This document shows, one piece after another, positions 63,642 through 64,000 of a stretch of 64,000 bases of DNA. Position 1 is the stretch's first letter, and every line of letters begins with the position of its first letter. The notes beneath the pieces were generated by a model, which did not search any database, had not been told where the DNA came from, and worked only from the letters and a program-made list of their open reading frames with translations. The position numbers were made by a program, and so were the translations under genes. Source of the DNA: Diadema antillarum (Eukaryota); assembly GCF_040938485.1 (NCBI RefSeq), contig NW_027271407.1, positions 558,001-622,000 of the forward strand. Direction: 5' to 3'.

Positions 63642-64000
63642 GTTTCCTGTCCTTTTACTGCCAAGAGCATAACATCGTCAAAAGTAATAAAATACAAGCA
63701 GTTGTTATGTAAAAAAAAAAAGTTATCAAGCAATATTACAAAATCAGATGGTATCACGTGAAGGCTTTATCATTGTCTTTTGCCTCACCGACAGATTACA
63801 ACCATTCCTTTTTTTTAACGAAATCACTAAAAAAAGAATAAACAGTTATTGCCAGCGGGAAAATTTGTTGCAAATCATGACATATGGTACATGTCTAATA
63901 ACCGACAAGCAAGATACTGGCGAAATCATGATACACATCCTGTCTACTATTGAGATTTATGAAAAATGGGTTACAACCAATACCACCCTTTCCTGAAAGT

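Overview
Eukaryotic, AT-rich, repeat-dense genomic DNA, most likely from a marine invertebrate deuterostome such as an echinoderm (inferred from receptor and transposon types, not provable here). The window is a tandem, all-minus-strand cluster of orphan rhodopsin-class (class A) GPCR genes of the galanin/allatostatin-A-receptor-like type. There are eight coding copies: five intact (G1 646-1986, G2 8552-9949, G3 20040-21455, G4 37857-39269, G7 48967-50379) and three disabled (G5, G6, G8). Each CDS is uninterrupted and encodes a signal peptide plus a long Ser/Thr-rich ectodomain. Where the upstream region is present, a predicted 5'-UTR intron links the CDS to a non-coding first exon. That exon sits in a conserved promoter module: (TG)n, CCAAT, an invariant TGCGCATG, a TATA-like site, the exon and a GTAAG donor. 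The module occurs seven times. One copy has no CDS, and an apparently intact 5.4-kb Sola-type DNA transposon (32-bp TIRs, CGTA TSD) has inserted into it co-directionally. G3 and G4 lie in a tandem segmental duplication whose junction abuts transposon-like termini. That duplication carries a nested LINE > Tc1/IS630-like > hAT stack, and the hAT hosts an ~11-unit, ~270-bp satellite with a 4-mer higher-order repeat. There is one assembly gap (50997-51163). No RNA genes or CRISPR arrays are supported.
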